A DNA stretch of 64,000 bases, taken from Nitrospinales bacterium (GTDB lineage Bacteria; Nitrospinota; Nitrospinia; Nitrospinales; VA-1). The notes beneath the pieces are model-generated. The model was not told where the DNA came from. It ran no database searches and saw only the letters and a program-made list of their open reading frames with translations. The translations under genes were made by a program, and so were the position numbers. This document shows, one piece after another, positions 28,069-38,102 of the stretch; within the stretch, counting starts at the first letter, position 1, and each line of letters opens with the position of its first letter. The stretch spans positions 896,001 through 960,000 of the forward strand of contig CBDCXL010000002.1 of NCBI GenBank assembly GCA_965223795.1, written 5' to 3'.

Positions 28069-29358
28069 TCAGCAGTTCATCTGGCGGGACAGGCCGTTCA
28101 GTTTGCCTTCGAACACCGCATGCAGTTCGCTGCGGATTTTTCGGGAATCGTATTCCACCATGGAACCGCCGCTTTTCAGAAAGTCGAGCTGCTCGTTGAC
28201 CTTGAGGCAGGCGGACCGCACCGCCGGCTCTTCTTTTTGCGCGGACAACAGCATCAGGTCGCAGAACTTGATCCCGGCTTCGACGGACTGGGTGAGCTGC
28301 GGGTTGATGGCGAACCCCTGGGTCTTTTTCAGGTGATCGCAGACCTTGAGCACGAGCTCGAATTTCTTCCTGGCTTCGACGTAGTTGGAATCGAGAATGT
28401 GCTGCAACGCCTGCATCATGGCGAGTTCTTTATTGCCGACGAAATCCTTGTAGGGAGGATTTTTGAAATAGCGGTTTTCCATCTCGTCCATGAAGTGAAT
28501 GGCCTTGGCGCGGGCGACGCTGACCGAAAGCGGCTTGCCTTCGGGGATGTCCGCGTTATTGGGATTGATCTGCTCGGCGATGTAAAACCAGGACAGGGTC
28601 TTGAGCGCCAGCGGCCGGGACGGCGACCCCTTGACGATGGCCTGTTCGATGTGGTCGAGTCCCACCTGGCGCAGATCGCGCCCGCCCTGCATGATGAAAT
28701 TGCTGAAGCCGCCCAGCCTACTGTTGCCGTAGCGGTACATGCCCAGCCCGAAATGCGCGTCGATGCGTTCGGAGTCCAGCTCGAGCGCCTTTTCCAGGTG
28801 GTTGTCGGCCTGGTATCCGTTGATCAGGGCCTGCAGCAGATGACCGGCGCCGTACTCGAAGATGGCGATGTACCCTTCGGCTCCGCCGAGAAACAGATAG
28901 GCCTGCGATTTGTGTTCCCGCGTCGCCTCGGGCGAATCGAGAATTTCGTTGGCGAGTTCCTTGGCGCGGGTGCTGTATTGCAGGAACCGATCGGCGATGG
29001 CGTCGATGCGGTATTTGCTGGTGAAGGCCAGGGTGTGACAGACTTCACCCAACAACCCGGAATAGTAAAAATTGTACTTCATCAACTCGACCCGGTTGTC
29101 CATGGTTTTGGGCGCGGCTTCCAGGGCGTCGATGCCCTTCTGAAACGCGGCGAACCACTTGTCGAACCGGTAATACAAAGAATCGACCAGGGCTTCGTTG
29201 ATGATCTCATCGGTGGTTTTCTGGCCGATGTTCACCATCTCCCCTTTGGGCGGATTCGCGGGTGCCGCGCCCAGAAGGAAGGCGAACAGGACACAGCAAA
29301 ACAGCATTTTTTTCGCCCGCTGGCGGCCGGGCTTGCGGATTGCGTCTGGCTCGATCAT
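28069..29358 (-). CDS. Secreted alpha-helical (TPR-like) hypothetical protein
   Basis: Signal-peptide-like segment; AYLFLGGAEG...LEKALELD...DAHFGLGMY TPR-like unit; typical codon usage. Confidence 0.7.
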   Translation of the reverse strand: MIEPDAIRKPGRQRAKKMLFCCVLFAFLLGAAPANPPKGEMVNIGQKTTDEIINEALVDSLYYRFDKWFAAFQKGIDALEAAPKTMDNRVELMKYNFYYSGLLGEVCHTLAFTSKYRIDAIADRFLQYSTRAKELANEILDSPEATREHKSQAYLFLGGAEGYIAIFEYGAGHLLQALINGYQADNHLEKALELDSERIDAHFGLGMYRYGNSRLGGFSNFIMQGGRDLRQVGLDHIEQAIVKGSPSRPLALKTLSWFYIAEQINPNNADIPEGKPLSVSVARAKAIHFMDEMENRYFKNPPYKDFVGNKELAMMQALQHILDSNYVEARKKFELVLKVCDHLKKTQGFAINPQLTQSVEAGIKFCDLMLLSAQKEEPAVRSACLKVNEQLDFLKSGGSMVEYDSRKIRSELHAVFEGKLNGLSRQMNC

Positions 29359-29488
29359 GGAGATGGATTCATCCTCAGGTCGGGTTGGCAGCTTGCAGTG
29401 AATTTGATCTGAAATTTCTTTGCCTTATTTATTGTCCCTCGATCGGACTCGGGAGACAAGCCCCTTTATAAGGCGCCGCCGGGTTTTC

Positions 29489-31078
29489 TCAGGCGGTCTG
29501 CGGTTCGTGCCGGGAGTCCGCCGCCTGCCGGGACAGCAGTCTGCGGGTCATCGCCAGGCGCTGATGGTCCTCGAGCTTGAGGAACAGTTTCTCGGCCTTG
29601 CGCAGGTGCGCGTGGGCCTTGTCCGTCTCGCCCAGTTTTTCCAGGTACAGGCTGCCCAGCAGAAAATGCGCGTCGGCGAAATCCGGCTTGGCCTGGACCA
29701 CCGTCTGGAACACATCGCAGGCATCGTCGTAGCGCGACAGGTCGGTGAGGGCGAGGGCGTAATAAAACTGCACGTGCACCGGATCGGGATTGATGCGGAC
29801 GGCGTGCTTGAGATAGCGGACCGCTTCCTCGCTCTGGCCGGTGACGCGGTGCGCCACGCCGAGGTAATAATAGACGCTGGCTTCTTCCGGGGCATGCGCC
29901 AGCGCCTGGTTGAGCACTTCTATTGCTTCGGTGAACTGCTGCTGCTTGATGTAGGACGCCCCCAGGGCGATGTGCGCGTGGTGGTAGTCCGGCTTGACGC
30001 GGATCACCCGCTTGAGCGCCGAGACCGCTTTGCCGATGTCGCCGCCGCCGGTGTCTTCCAGACTGCCGTAAGCGATGCCCAGATTATAAAGCGCGTCCAC
30101 GAAATCCGGCCGGATGTGGATGGCCATCCTGTAGGCGTCGATGGCTCCCTGGCAGCTTCCCAACTGCTGCAGGCGGAGCCCTTCCTTGAGCCACTCGTCG
30201 GCGGCGCGGCCGGGATCGGCGACGGTCTCCGAGGGACGGCACTGCTGATGCACCAGCGTGGCGCGCTGCAGCTCGCCCTGCGCCGAGAACAGCTGCTCCG
30301 CCTTTTCCAGGTATTTCTGCGCCCGCTTGGGGTTTCTCAAGCGCTTGATGTGGATCGCGCCGAGCTGGTACACCGCTTCGGCGAATTCGGGCATCAGCCG
30401 GGCGGCTTTTTTGAACGCGTGCCGGGCCGGGATGTGCAGGCTGAATTCGAGGTAGGCCATGCCGAGCCAGTAGGAGGCGTGCGCCAGGGTGCGGGACGGA
30501 TCGGACGCGGCGCCGGCGGATTTTTTAATGCATCCCAGCCGCTCGTTGAGAAAGTCCATCCAGAATTCGGCCACGGCGAAATCGGGGATCATGGGAACGA
30601 TGCGCTTGAACTCGGCGAAGGCTTTTTTCTCCTTGCCCTGCTGCCAGTAGGCGCGGGCCAGGTCGAGATACACCTGCGGGTAGTTGGGGTTGAGCTTGGC
30701 GGCTTTCTTGTAGCAGTCGATTTCCTGTTTGAGGCGGTCCGTACCGCTAAGGCAGAGACCCATCAGGTGCTGCGCGGGGTAGGCGCCGGGATCCTCCTCG
30801 ATCGCGGTTTCGAGGCTCTGCACCGCTTCTTCGTGACGCCGGTTCAGCAGGTGCTCCACCGCCTGCTCAAATGCCTCGAGGTCTTTCCAGGCGAACGGCA
30901 GCACGTCGTGCAGAACCTGGGTGATTTTTTCGGCGGACGATTCGGGCGCGTGCAGGGCGTCCACCCGCTTCATCATGTCCGGGTCTTTTTCGCGCAGCGC
31001 GTCCCCCAGCTCGGACAACGTGATCGCGCCCGAACGGGGATGCTCCCCCTTTTTTTCCTTGTGCGATTTTTTCTTCAC
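29489..31078 (-). CDS. Tetratricopeptide repeat protein
   Basis: Many TPR units (e.g. DALYNLGIAY, SVYYYLGVA, DAHFLLGSLY); GTG start at 31078 inferred. Confidence 0.85.
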   Translation of the reverse strand: MKKKSHKEKKGEHPRSGAITLSELGDALREKDPDMMKRVDALHAPESSAEKITQVLHDVLPFAWKDLEAFEQAVEHLLNRRHEEAVQSLETAIEEDPGAYPAQHLMGLCLSGTDRLKQEIDCYKKAAKLNPNYPQVYLDLARAYWQQGKEKKAFAEFKRIVPMIPDFAVAEFWMDFLNERLGCIKKSAGAASDPSRTLAHASYWLGMAYLEFSLHIPARHAFKKAARLMPEFAEAVYQLGAIHIKRLRNPKRAQKYLEKAEQLFSAQGELQRATLVHQQCRPSETVADPGRAADEWLKEGLRLQQLGSCQGAIDAYRMAIHIRPDFVDALYNLGIAYGSLEDTGGGDIGKAVSALKRVIRVKPDYHHAHIALGASYIKQQQFTEAIEVLNQALAHAPEEASVYYYLGVAHRVTGQSEEAVRYLKHAVRINPDPVHVQFYYALALTDLSRYDDACDVFQTVVQAKPDFADAHFLLGSLYLEKLGETDKAHAHLRKAEKLFLKLEDHQRLAMTRRLLSRQAADSRHEPQTA

Positions 31079-31161
31079 AGCGCTCGGTTCTGGGTGCGTG
31101 ATGTTCTGATTATAGAGGTTTGAACCGGGGAATGAAAGGCGGGGCGTTCCACAGGCCGCGG

Positions 31162-31932
31162 TCACGCTTCCGGTTCGCGACTCAGATAATTTTTCGTTTC
31201 CGGGGTGCGCGGATTGTCAAAGAAACCGGGGTTTTTCCCGCACTCGTGAAACGTGCCCCGGTGCAGAAAGATCACGTCGTCGCACACCCTTCGGGCCTGC
31301 GGGATGTTGTGGGTGACGAGCAGCACGGTGTGGCGCGACTTCAGCGAGAGGATGAGATCCTCGATGGCGGCGCTGGAATGCGGGTCCAGCGAGGCGGTGG
31401 GTTCGTCCATCAACAGGACCGCGGGCTCGACGGCGAGGGCGCGGGCGATGGCCAGCCGCTGCTGCTGGCCCTGCGACAGCGTGGGCGCGGGTTTGTGCAG
31501 CCGGTCTTTCACTTCCTCCCACAAAAACACGCGGCGCAGGGTTTCCTCGGCAAGCTGTTCGTGCTGGTGTTTGCGTTCGGGAAACAGGTGGCGCACGCCG
31601 AACAGCACGTTTTCGCGGACGCTCACCGGGAACACGCAGGGCGTCTGAAACACCATGCCGACGCGGCGCCGCAGGTGATAGACGTCGCGGCCGCCGCCGC
31701 GGTAAATGTCGGCGCCGTCCACACGAACCTCGCCTTCAACGTGAAAGCCGTCCGTGCGGTCGTGCAGGCGGCTCAGGGTGCGCAGGAGCGTGGTTTTGCC
31801 GCTGCCGGAAGGGCCGAGCACGCCGGTGATGCGATGGCGGTCCACAACGCCTGTCAGCGCGTCGAGAACGGGCTTGCCGTTGAAAGAAATGCGGGTGTCC
31901 TTCCACTCGATGGCGGGCGTCCCGGCTTTCAT
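31162..31932 (-). CDS. pstB: Phosphate ABC transporter ATPase
   Basis: GPSGSGKTT, VGMVFQ, LSQGQQQRL.IARALA, DEPTASLDP, VTHN; ATG overlaps the pstA stop. Confidence 0.92.
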   Translation of the reverse strand: MKAGTPAIEWKDTRISFNGKPVLDALTGVVDRHRITGVLGPSGSGKTTLLRTLSRLHDRTDGFHVEGEVRVDGADIYRGGGRDVYHLRRRVGMVFQTPCVFPVSVRENVLFGVRHLFPERKHQHEQLAEETLRRVFLWEEVKDRLHKPAPTLSQGQQQRLAIARALAVEPAVLLMDEPTASLDPHSSAAIEDLILSLKSRHTVLLVTHNIPQARRVCDDVIFLHRGTFHECGKNPGFFDNPRTPETKNYLSREPEA

Positions 31933-32798
31933 GATTCGGACTCCATGCGCATGCGGCCGCGGCAGATCAGCGCGCCGCCGGTCAAAAGCAGCACCAGGGT
32001 CATGAGGATGAGCCCGGCGCCCCAGGCGTTGGCCACGGCTTCGGGATTGAGCGCCTCCTGGGCCAGCACCAGGATGTGGGTCTGCAGGGTGGGCACGGGA
32101 TCGGTCCAGGCTTTCGGCAGTTCGATGCCGGAAAACGTGGTGGCGGTGAACATGATGGCGGCGGTTTCCCCGGCGGCGCGGGCCAGGCCGAGCAGGATGC
32201 CGGTGACGATGCCGTACACGCTCTGCGGCAGGATGACGGAGCGGATCACCGCCCCGGGCGGCAGCCCTAGCGACAGCGCCGCGTCGCGGTATTTTTCCGG
32301 CAGCGATTCGATGGCTTCCTGAATGTTCACCTGCAGGGTCGGCAGGATCATGACGGCGAGGATCAACGACCCGGTGATCCAGGACACGCCCGCATCCAGC
32401 AGGACCGCGAACACAAGATAGCCCACCAGTCCGAACAGGATGGTGGGCACGGCGTTGAGGGCGTGCATGCCGTTGCGGAACAGATTTTTGAGCTGCGGCG
32501 AGGTGACGCACTCGGTCTGAAACAGCGCCGCGCCCAGGGCAATCGGAAGGCTCACGCCCACCGCCCCCGCCATCAGGATCAACGTGCCCAGAGTCTGGTA
32601 GAGCACGCCGCCTTCGACGCCGAAGTTTTTCGACGCGGTGAAGAGAAATTCAAGGTCCCAGGCGGGCAGTCCGCGCACGAGCAGCGTGCCCAGGATCAGT
32701 GCGAGCAGGCCCAGCCCCGCCAGCGTCATGAGGGCGAGGACGCCCAGGGCGGTCTTTTCGACGGCGCGCGGGTTCATGTCCGCACCCGCTTGAGACAC
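31929..32798 (-). CDS. pstA: Phosphate ABC transporter permease
   Basis: VPTILFGL, ARAAGETA; position in the pst operon; start may be 32777. Confidence 0.9.
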   Translation of the reverse strand: MSQAGADMNPRAVEKTALGVLALMTLAGLGLLALILGTLLVRGLPAWDLEFLFTASKNFGVEGGVLYQTLGTLILMAGAVGVSLPIALGAALFQTECVTSPQLKNLFRNGMHALNAVPTILFGLVGYLVFAVLLDAGVSWITGSLILAVMILPTLQVNIQEAIESLPEKYRDAALSLGLPPGAVIRSVILPQSVYGIVTGILLGLARAAGETAAIMFTATTFSGIELPKAWTDPVPTLQTHILVLAQEALNPEAVANAWGAGLILMTLVLLLTGGALICRGRMRMESES

Positions 32799-33652
32799 AG
32801 GTTGCCGGCGGCGGTGATCGCGAGCACCAGGCAGAACAGGACCACTCCCAGAGCCATGAGCGCGCTCCAGTGCAGACCGGCGCCCATCGCCTCGGCGGCT
32901 TCACGGCCCAGCTTGGAAGGGATGCTTTGCGCCGGGGAAAACACGTCGAACCAGGGATTGGGGATTTTGTCGAGGCCGCCGATGACCAGCATGACCGCCA
33001 CCGTCTCCCCCATGGCGCGGCCCAGCCCGAGAAACACCGCGCCGGCGATGCCGGGCAGCGCGCGCGGCAACACGGCGGCGCACACGGTCTGCCAGCGGGT
33101 GAGGCCGAGGCTGAGCGCGGTGTCGCGGTATGTGCCGGGCACCGCGTGCAGGGCGTCCTCGGAAACGGTGAGGATGGTGGGAAACACCATGACGCCCAGC
33201 AGCAGACCCGCGGTCAGCAGGGTGTGGCCGTCAATCAGGCCGAACGCCTGCTGCACCCATCCTGCCAGCAGGGCGACGCCGATGAGTCCGTAGAGGATGC
33301 CGGGAACGCCGGCGAACAGCTCCATGAGGCCCTTGACGGTGAGCCGGAGCCGCGGAGGCAGAAATTCCGAGGTGAACACCGCGCCCGCCAGCGCCAGCGG
33401 CACCACCCACAGCAGCGCGACGGCGGTGACCATCAGCGATCCGTAGATCATCGGCAGCGCGCCGTAGGCCTCACCGGCCCACCAGTCGCGGCCGGCGAAA
33501 AAACCGAACCCCTCCTGCGCCCAAACGGGCAATGCCTGCACGATGAGGAACACGAACAGAAAAAATACGCAGCCCGCGGCGAGCAGCGCCGCCGCGCCGA
33601 GCGCAACGAAAAGCGGATTTTTGAGCCTGTCCCGCAGCCTGTGCGGATTCAT
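32774..33652 (-). CDS. pstC: Phosphate ABC transporter permease
   Basis: YGALPMIYGS, ELFAGVPGILYG, GRAMGETVAV. Confidence 0.9.
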   Translation of the reverse strand: MNPHRLRDRLKNPLFVALGAAALLAAGCVFFLFVFLIVQALPVWAQEGFGFFAGRDWWAGEAYGALPMIYGSLMVTAVALLWVVPLALAGAVFTSEFLPPRLRLTVKGLMELFAGVPGILYGLIGVALLAGWVQQAFGLIDGHTLLTAGLLLGVMVFPTILTVSEDALHAVPGTYRDTALSLGLTRWQTVCAAVLPRALPGIAGAVFLGLGRAMGETVAVMLVIGGLDKIPNPWFDVFSPAQSIPSKLGREAAEAMGAGLHWSALMALGVVLFCLVLAITAAGNLCLKRVRT

Positions 33653-33686
33653 GACCGCAATCTCCGGATGGGATCGCCCGCCCGCA

Positions 33687-34547
33687 TCACGAAGGGGCTG
33701 CGGGCACGTAGCCGCTTTCCTCGACGATCTTCCTTCCCGGCGGGCTGAACAGAAATTCGATGAACTCCTTGACGATCCCGCTGGGTTCTCCGGCGACGAT
33801 GAAGTTCAGGTTGCGCGCCAGCGGAAAGGTGCCGGAGCGGATGTTCTCCAGTGTGGGCTCGATCACCTTGCCCGATTCACGGATACCGATACCGACCACG
33901 TCGCGGTTCATCCAGGCGACCGAAAGCATGCCAATGGCGGCGTCGCTGCCCGCGATCTTGGCCTGCTCCTCGTTGTTGGAGCCGGTCACCAGCCGCGCGC
34001 CGGGCGCCCGCGCGCCGGGATCGCCGAACAGGTACTGCATGAACACGTGCCGGGTGCCGCGATGGCGTTCCTTGTCGACGACGACGATGTCACGATCGGG
34101 GCCGCCGACCTGTTTCCAGTTGGTGATCCTGCCGAGGTAGATATCGCGAATCTGCTGTTTGCTCAGGGAGCGGACTCCGGCTTCGTAGATCTCGGAAGAG
34201 ACCACGCACGCCACCGCATCGCGGCCGATGACGATGGTCTTGAGCCGGTTGCGGTCGAACCGCTTTTTTTCTTTCGGCGTGATTTCCCGCGACGCCATGC
34301 CGATGTCCACGCGGCCGCTGCCGGCGGACTGGATGCCGACGCCGGAACCGCCGCCGTTGACGGTGATCGACACGGCCGCATTTTTTTCCTCTGCAAACCG
34401 CTCGGCGGCGCGCGAGGCGATGGGCAGCACCGAGGTCGATCCGGCGATGCGGATGCGCTCGGCACCGGCGGCCTGGACCTTCGGCGCGACAGGAAATGCC
34501 GCCAGCAACAACGTCAGCAGCAGAAGCGGGATGTTCGCAATTCGCAT
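33687..34547 (-). CDS. pstS: Phosphate ABC transporter substrate-binding protein
   Basis: Signal peptide; AGSTSV, GGGSGVGI, DIGMASR, ITNW.QVGG; first gene of the pst cluster. Confidence 0.9.
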   Translation of the reverse strand: MRIANIPLLLLTLLLAAFPVAPKVQAAGAERIRIAGSTSVLPIASRAAERFAEEKNAAVSITVNGGGSGVGIQSAGSGRVDIGMASREITPKEKKRFDRNRLKTIVIGRDAVACVVSSEIYEAGVRSLSKQQIRDIYLGRITNWKQVGGPDRDIVVVDKERHRGTRHVFMQYLFGDPGARAPGARLVTGSNNEEQAKIAGSDAAIGMLSVAWMNRDVVGIGIRESGKVIEPTLENIRSGTFPLARNLNFIVAGEPSGIVKEFIEFLFSPPGRKIVEESGYVPAAPS

Positions 34548-34588
34548 GCGGATGGCGTCCTCTGTAAACCTGTAAACCGGTGGATAAC

Positions 34589-34602
34589 TATATATATATA
34601 TA
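34589..34602. repeat. (TA)7 microsatellite upstream of pstS
   Basis: TATATATATATATA read directly, about 40 bp before the pstS start. Confidence 0.9.
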
Positions 34603-34753
34603 AATATTTGAATGCAGTCAAACGGACTTGCGCGGAAAGAATCGATTCAAGCGCAAAGGTGCAGTCGCGGAAGCGGCCGAAACCCTACACAAAAAATGTT
34701 CCTGATAATGCGAGAGGGGGAATGCCTGGGGAACCCGCCGGACAGAACGGCGG

Positions 34754-37177
34754 TCAGAACCGTTTTAGGGATTGCAGCTTGAGCAGCGCCAGACGCGCCT
34801 TGAGGGAGCCTTTGTCGGCGGCGCGGGCGAACCAGCGCCGCGCTTCCCGTTCGTCCTTGTCGACGCCGTGGCCGTCGCGGTGCAGGCGGCCGAGGTGATA
34901 GAGCGCGTCCACCCTGCCCTTTTCCGCCGCGAGCCGGAACCATTTGAGCGCTTTCGTAATGTCTTCTGCGACGCCCTGTCCGGTCTCGTGCAGCCTGCCG
35001 AGCGCGAACTGGGCCGCCGGATTTTCCAGTGCGGCGGCTTTGGCAAACCAGCGGGCCGCCGCTTCGGGATCGGCGGATTTCCCTTCCAGGCACAGCCGCC
35101 CCAGGCTCAGGAGCGCCGCTTCGTGGCCGGAATCGGCGGCGCGCTGATACCAGTTCAGGCTCTGGCGGCGGTCCTTCGGCACGCCCGCGCCGGTCTCGTA
35201 GCGGCGGCCGAGGTGAAACTGCGCGCGCGCGTTGCCGGTGCGCGCGGCTTTGCGCAGCCATTCCACCGGCTGATCCGGTTCGGTCAAGCTATCGTCGTTT
35301 TCTTCGGGCTTGCGGTACCAGCGCGCGGCTTCTTCATAATCCTGCGGCACGCCCTTGCCCACGAAATACATCATGCCGAGGTTTTCCCGCGCCGTCGCGT
35401 TGCCCTGCGCGGCGGCGAGTGTGTACCAGCGGACGGCGGCCGCGGCGTCGGCGGGACGGCCTTCGCCGTTTTCGCAGAGATAGCCGAGGTGGTTCTGGGC
35501 GTCGGCGTCGCCCTGCCGGGCGGCGGTCTGGATCCAGCGCAGGGCCTGCTTGAGGTCGCGCTTCACGCCCTCGCCGTGATAGTGGATGTTTCCCAGCGCG
35601 AACTGGGCGTGTGCGTGGCCGCTATCGGCGGACTTGCGGTACCAGTAGACGGCCTGGATCGCGTCCCCGGGCACGCCCTCGCCGTTCTGATACAGGCGTC
35701 CCAGAGCGTGCATCGACTCGACGTGACCGGTGTCGGCGGCTTTCTGGTACACCGCGGCGGCCTGCTCGATATCCCGGGGCACGCCTGTACCGTGCTCGAG
35801 CATGCGCGCCCAGTGGTATTGGCCTTCGGCGTCGTCGCGGCCGGCGGCCCGTTCGAACCAGCGTGCGGCGGCGGCCCGGTCTTCACTGCCTTCGGCCTGC
35901 GCTTCCAAAACCAGCCCCCAGAACACCTGCGCTTCGGGCAGGTTTTCGCGCGCCGCCCGTTCCAGCCAGAGCTGCGCCTTGTTGGCGTCCTCGGCAACGC
36001 CTTCAGCGAAAAAATAAAGCGCGCCGAGCAGGTGCTGGGCGCGGACATGCCCCATCTTCGCGGCCTTCTCGTACCACAGCAGGGCTTCGGCGGCGTCCCT
36101 GGCGACGCCCTGGCCTTTTTCCGAGAGCACGGCGAGCCGGTACTGCGATTCGGTGTGGCCGCTTTCTGCGGCGCGGCGGTACCAGGAGGCGGCTTCTGCG
36201 TATTCGCCGCGCTGGTAAAAGAAATTGCCTTTCTCGAAGAATGAATCGGCGTCGGGCGACAGGCGGTCGTGATTTTTCTCCAGAAACTCCTGCGCCTCGC
36301 GGTGCCCCTGCTCGGCGGCCCTGCACATCCAGTGCAGCGCCTGCCGGGGGTCCGGGTCCACGCCTTCGCCCCGGTGGTACAGCACGCCCAGCCTGAACTG
36401 GGCGAGGTCCAGCCCCGCTTCGGCGGCCTGCTTGTACCAGCGGACGGCGGACTTGAGGTTTTTCTCGACGCCGCGGCCCTGTTCGAAGGCGTCGCCGAGA
36501 TTGTACTGAGCGTCCTCGTTGCCGAGCCTGGCGGATTTGCGGAACCATTCGCGCGCGGTCTTGAGGTTTTGCACGACGCCCTCGCCCTGCTCGTACAGGA
36601 TGCCGAGCATGTTCTGGGCGACGTCGTTGCCGTTCTTCGCCACTTTGCGGAACCATTTCGCCGCTTCCTCCGGCGAGCGTTCGACCCCTTTGCCAAAATA
36701 GTACATGCGTCCCAGGTTGTATTGTGCCGCGCTGTCGCCCTGCTCGGCGGCCTGCTTGTACCAGTGAAAACTCTTGTTCAGGTCCTGCTCAACGCCGATG
36801 CCGTTTTCATACATCACGCCGAGAAAACCCTGACCGTTGGCGGAGCCGCGCTCGGCGGCCTTTTGAAACCACCTGAACGCCTCGGCCTCGTCGCGCGCGA
36901 CCCCCACCCCCTTGAAATACACGAGGCCGAGATTGTACTGGGCCTGCGGCTTGCCCGACTGGGCTTCCTTCAGCCAGCGGGCGGTCTGCTTGACCGGCAG
37001 CGTCTGCGCGGAACCGTTGTCTTTGCGGTACACCAGTTCGGCGGCCGCGGCTTCGCCGCCGCGGGACAGAAAATCCAGCCCGCGCGCGGACAGCGACTGC
37101 GCGTGCACGGGCGTGGACGGCGTGTGGGACAGTTCGGATGATGGGTTTTTGCTCACGGCAGGATCGCGCTCCGTCAT
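34754..37177 (-). CDS. Sel1-like repeat protein (about 19 repeats)
   Basis: Repeating AQ..LG..Y..G.GV..D...A..W...AA..G units; no signal peptide. Confidence 0.95.
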   Translation of the reverse strand: MTERDPAVSKNPSSELSHTPSTPVHAQSLSARGLDFLSRGGEAAAAELVYRKDNGSAQTLPVKQTARWLKEAQSGKPQAQYNLGLVYFKGVGVARDEAEAFRWFQKAAERGSANGQGFLGVMYENGIGVEQDLNKSFHWYKQAAEQGDSAAQYNLGRMYYFGKGVERSPEEAAKWFRKVAKNGNDVAQNMLGILYEQGEGVVQNLKTAREWFRKSARLGNEDAQYNLGDAFEQGRGVEKNLKSAVRWYKQAAEAGLDLAQFRLGVLYHRGEGVDPDPRQALHWMCRAAEQGHREAQEFLEKNHDRLSPDADSFFEKGNFFYQRGEYAEAASWYRRAAESGHTESQYRLAVLSEKGQGVARDAAEALLWYEKAAKMGHVRAQHLLGALYFFAEGVAEDANKAQLWLERAARENLPEAQVFWGLVLEAQAEGSEDRAAAARWFERAAGRDDAEGQYHWARMLEHGTGVPRDIEQAAAVYQKAADTGHVESMHALGRLYQNGEGVPGDAIQAVYWYRKSADSGHAHAQFALGNIHYHGEGVKRDLKQALRWIQTAARQGDADAQNHLGYLCENGEGRPADAAAAVRWYTLAAAQGNATARENLGMMYFVGKGVPQDYEEAARWYRKPEENDDSLTEPDQPVEWLRKAARTGNARAQFHLGRRYETGAGVPKDRRQSLNWYQRAADSGHEAALLSLGRLCLEGKSADPEAAARWFAKAAALENPAAQFALGRLHETGQGVAEDITKALKWFRLAAEKGRVDALYHLGRLHRDGHGVDKDEREARRWFARAADKGSLKARLALLKLQSLKRF

Positions 37178-37965
37178 CCCTCGATTTCATCGGCCAGGTC
37201 GCGGACGCGGGATTTCATCGCGATGATTTTTTCCTCGATGTCGGCCGCCATCTCCGCCAGCAGGTCGCGGTGAGGGTCGTCGAAGCCCTGGATCTTTTTC
37301 ATCAGCTGGTACAGGCTGGAATCGCGCATCGCCATGAGCTCGCGCTGGATGCGGGCGAGGCGCGCGCGGATCTGCTTGATCTGGCGCAGCGTGCGCACGA
37401 GCTGAAGCCCCAGGGTTTCCTGTTTGTCGGCGGGCCGCTCCGCTTCCCAGTCGAGCAGCACGGCGCGGATCATCTCTTCGTCCTGGCGGTCGTAGGCCTG
37501 GTTCAGCCGCGCCATCAGTTCGTGCCGCCGGGCACGGTCCGCATCGTCGGCGGCGAGGTCGGGATGGATTTTCTTGGCGGCCTCGCGGAACAGCTTTTTC
37601 AGTTCCTCGGAAGGGATGAAGTCTTCCTGCTCGTCGTCTTCGAGTTGATGAAACCCCTCGGACTCTTCGGAGGACTGGCGGGCGCGCTCGCGCGCGGCGC
37701 GGGCGCCGGCTCGGAAATCGTCGGAGCGGGGGTAAAACGCGGCGGCCAGCTCTAAAATCCGCGCCTTGACTTCGTCGAGTTCGGTATACTTGACGCCCAC
37801 CACCTGCTGGTAGCGGCGTTCGAACAGGGAAAGCTCTCCCTTGAGCGTGGACAGGGTGAGTTCCTCATTGGCGAGGGTCTGGCGCAGCTCCACCAGCAGG
37901 CTGCGTTTTTCCTGGAGTTCCTCCTGCTCGGGAGTGATGACCTGGGACAACGATGACATGAACAC
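37174..37965 (-). CDS. Coiled-coil protein with a central J-domain
   Basis: LKKLFREAAKKIHPDL...MARLNQAY (HPD intact) flanked by coiled coils; ATGA overlap with the Sel1 gene. Confidence 0.85.
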   Translation of the reverse strand: MFMSSLSQVITPEQEELQEKRSLLVELRQTLANEELTLSTLKGELSLFERRYQQVVGVKYTELDEVKARILELAAAFYPRSDDFRAGARAARERARQSSEESEGFHQLEDDEQEDFIPSEELKKLFREAAKKIHPDLAADDADRARRHELMARLNQAYDRQDEEMIRAVLLDWEAERPADKQETLGLQLVRTLRQIKQIRARLARIQRELMAMRDSSLYQLMKKIQGFDDPHRDLLAEMAADIEEKIIAMKSRVRDLADEIEG

Positions 37966-38023
37966 CTCGCGGGACAGCGGGCCCTGCCGGGACGGGACCC
38001 GTTAACGCAATAAAAACAATGCT

Positions 38024-38032
38024 ATTATAACA
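38024..38032 (-). promoter_or_regulatory. Extended -10 promoter element upstream of the J-domain gene
   Basis: TGTTATAAT on the minus strand about 60 bp before the start. Confidence 0.5.
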
Positions 38033-38102
38033 TTTTGAGCGACACATTGAAATACCCTTACATTCTTATAAAACCCGGGTTTCCGGCCTTTTCGGACATC
38101 GC

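Noticed and set aside
34562..34577. Pho box (CTGTAAAC CTGTAAAC) upstream of pstS
   Set aside because: The period is 8 bp rather than the 11 bp of PhoB boxes, and it lies next to the RBS, downstream of the likely promoter.
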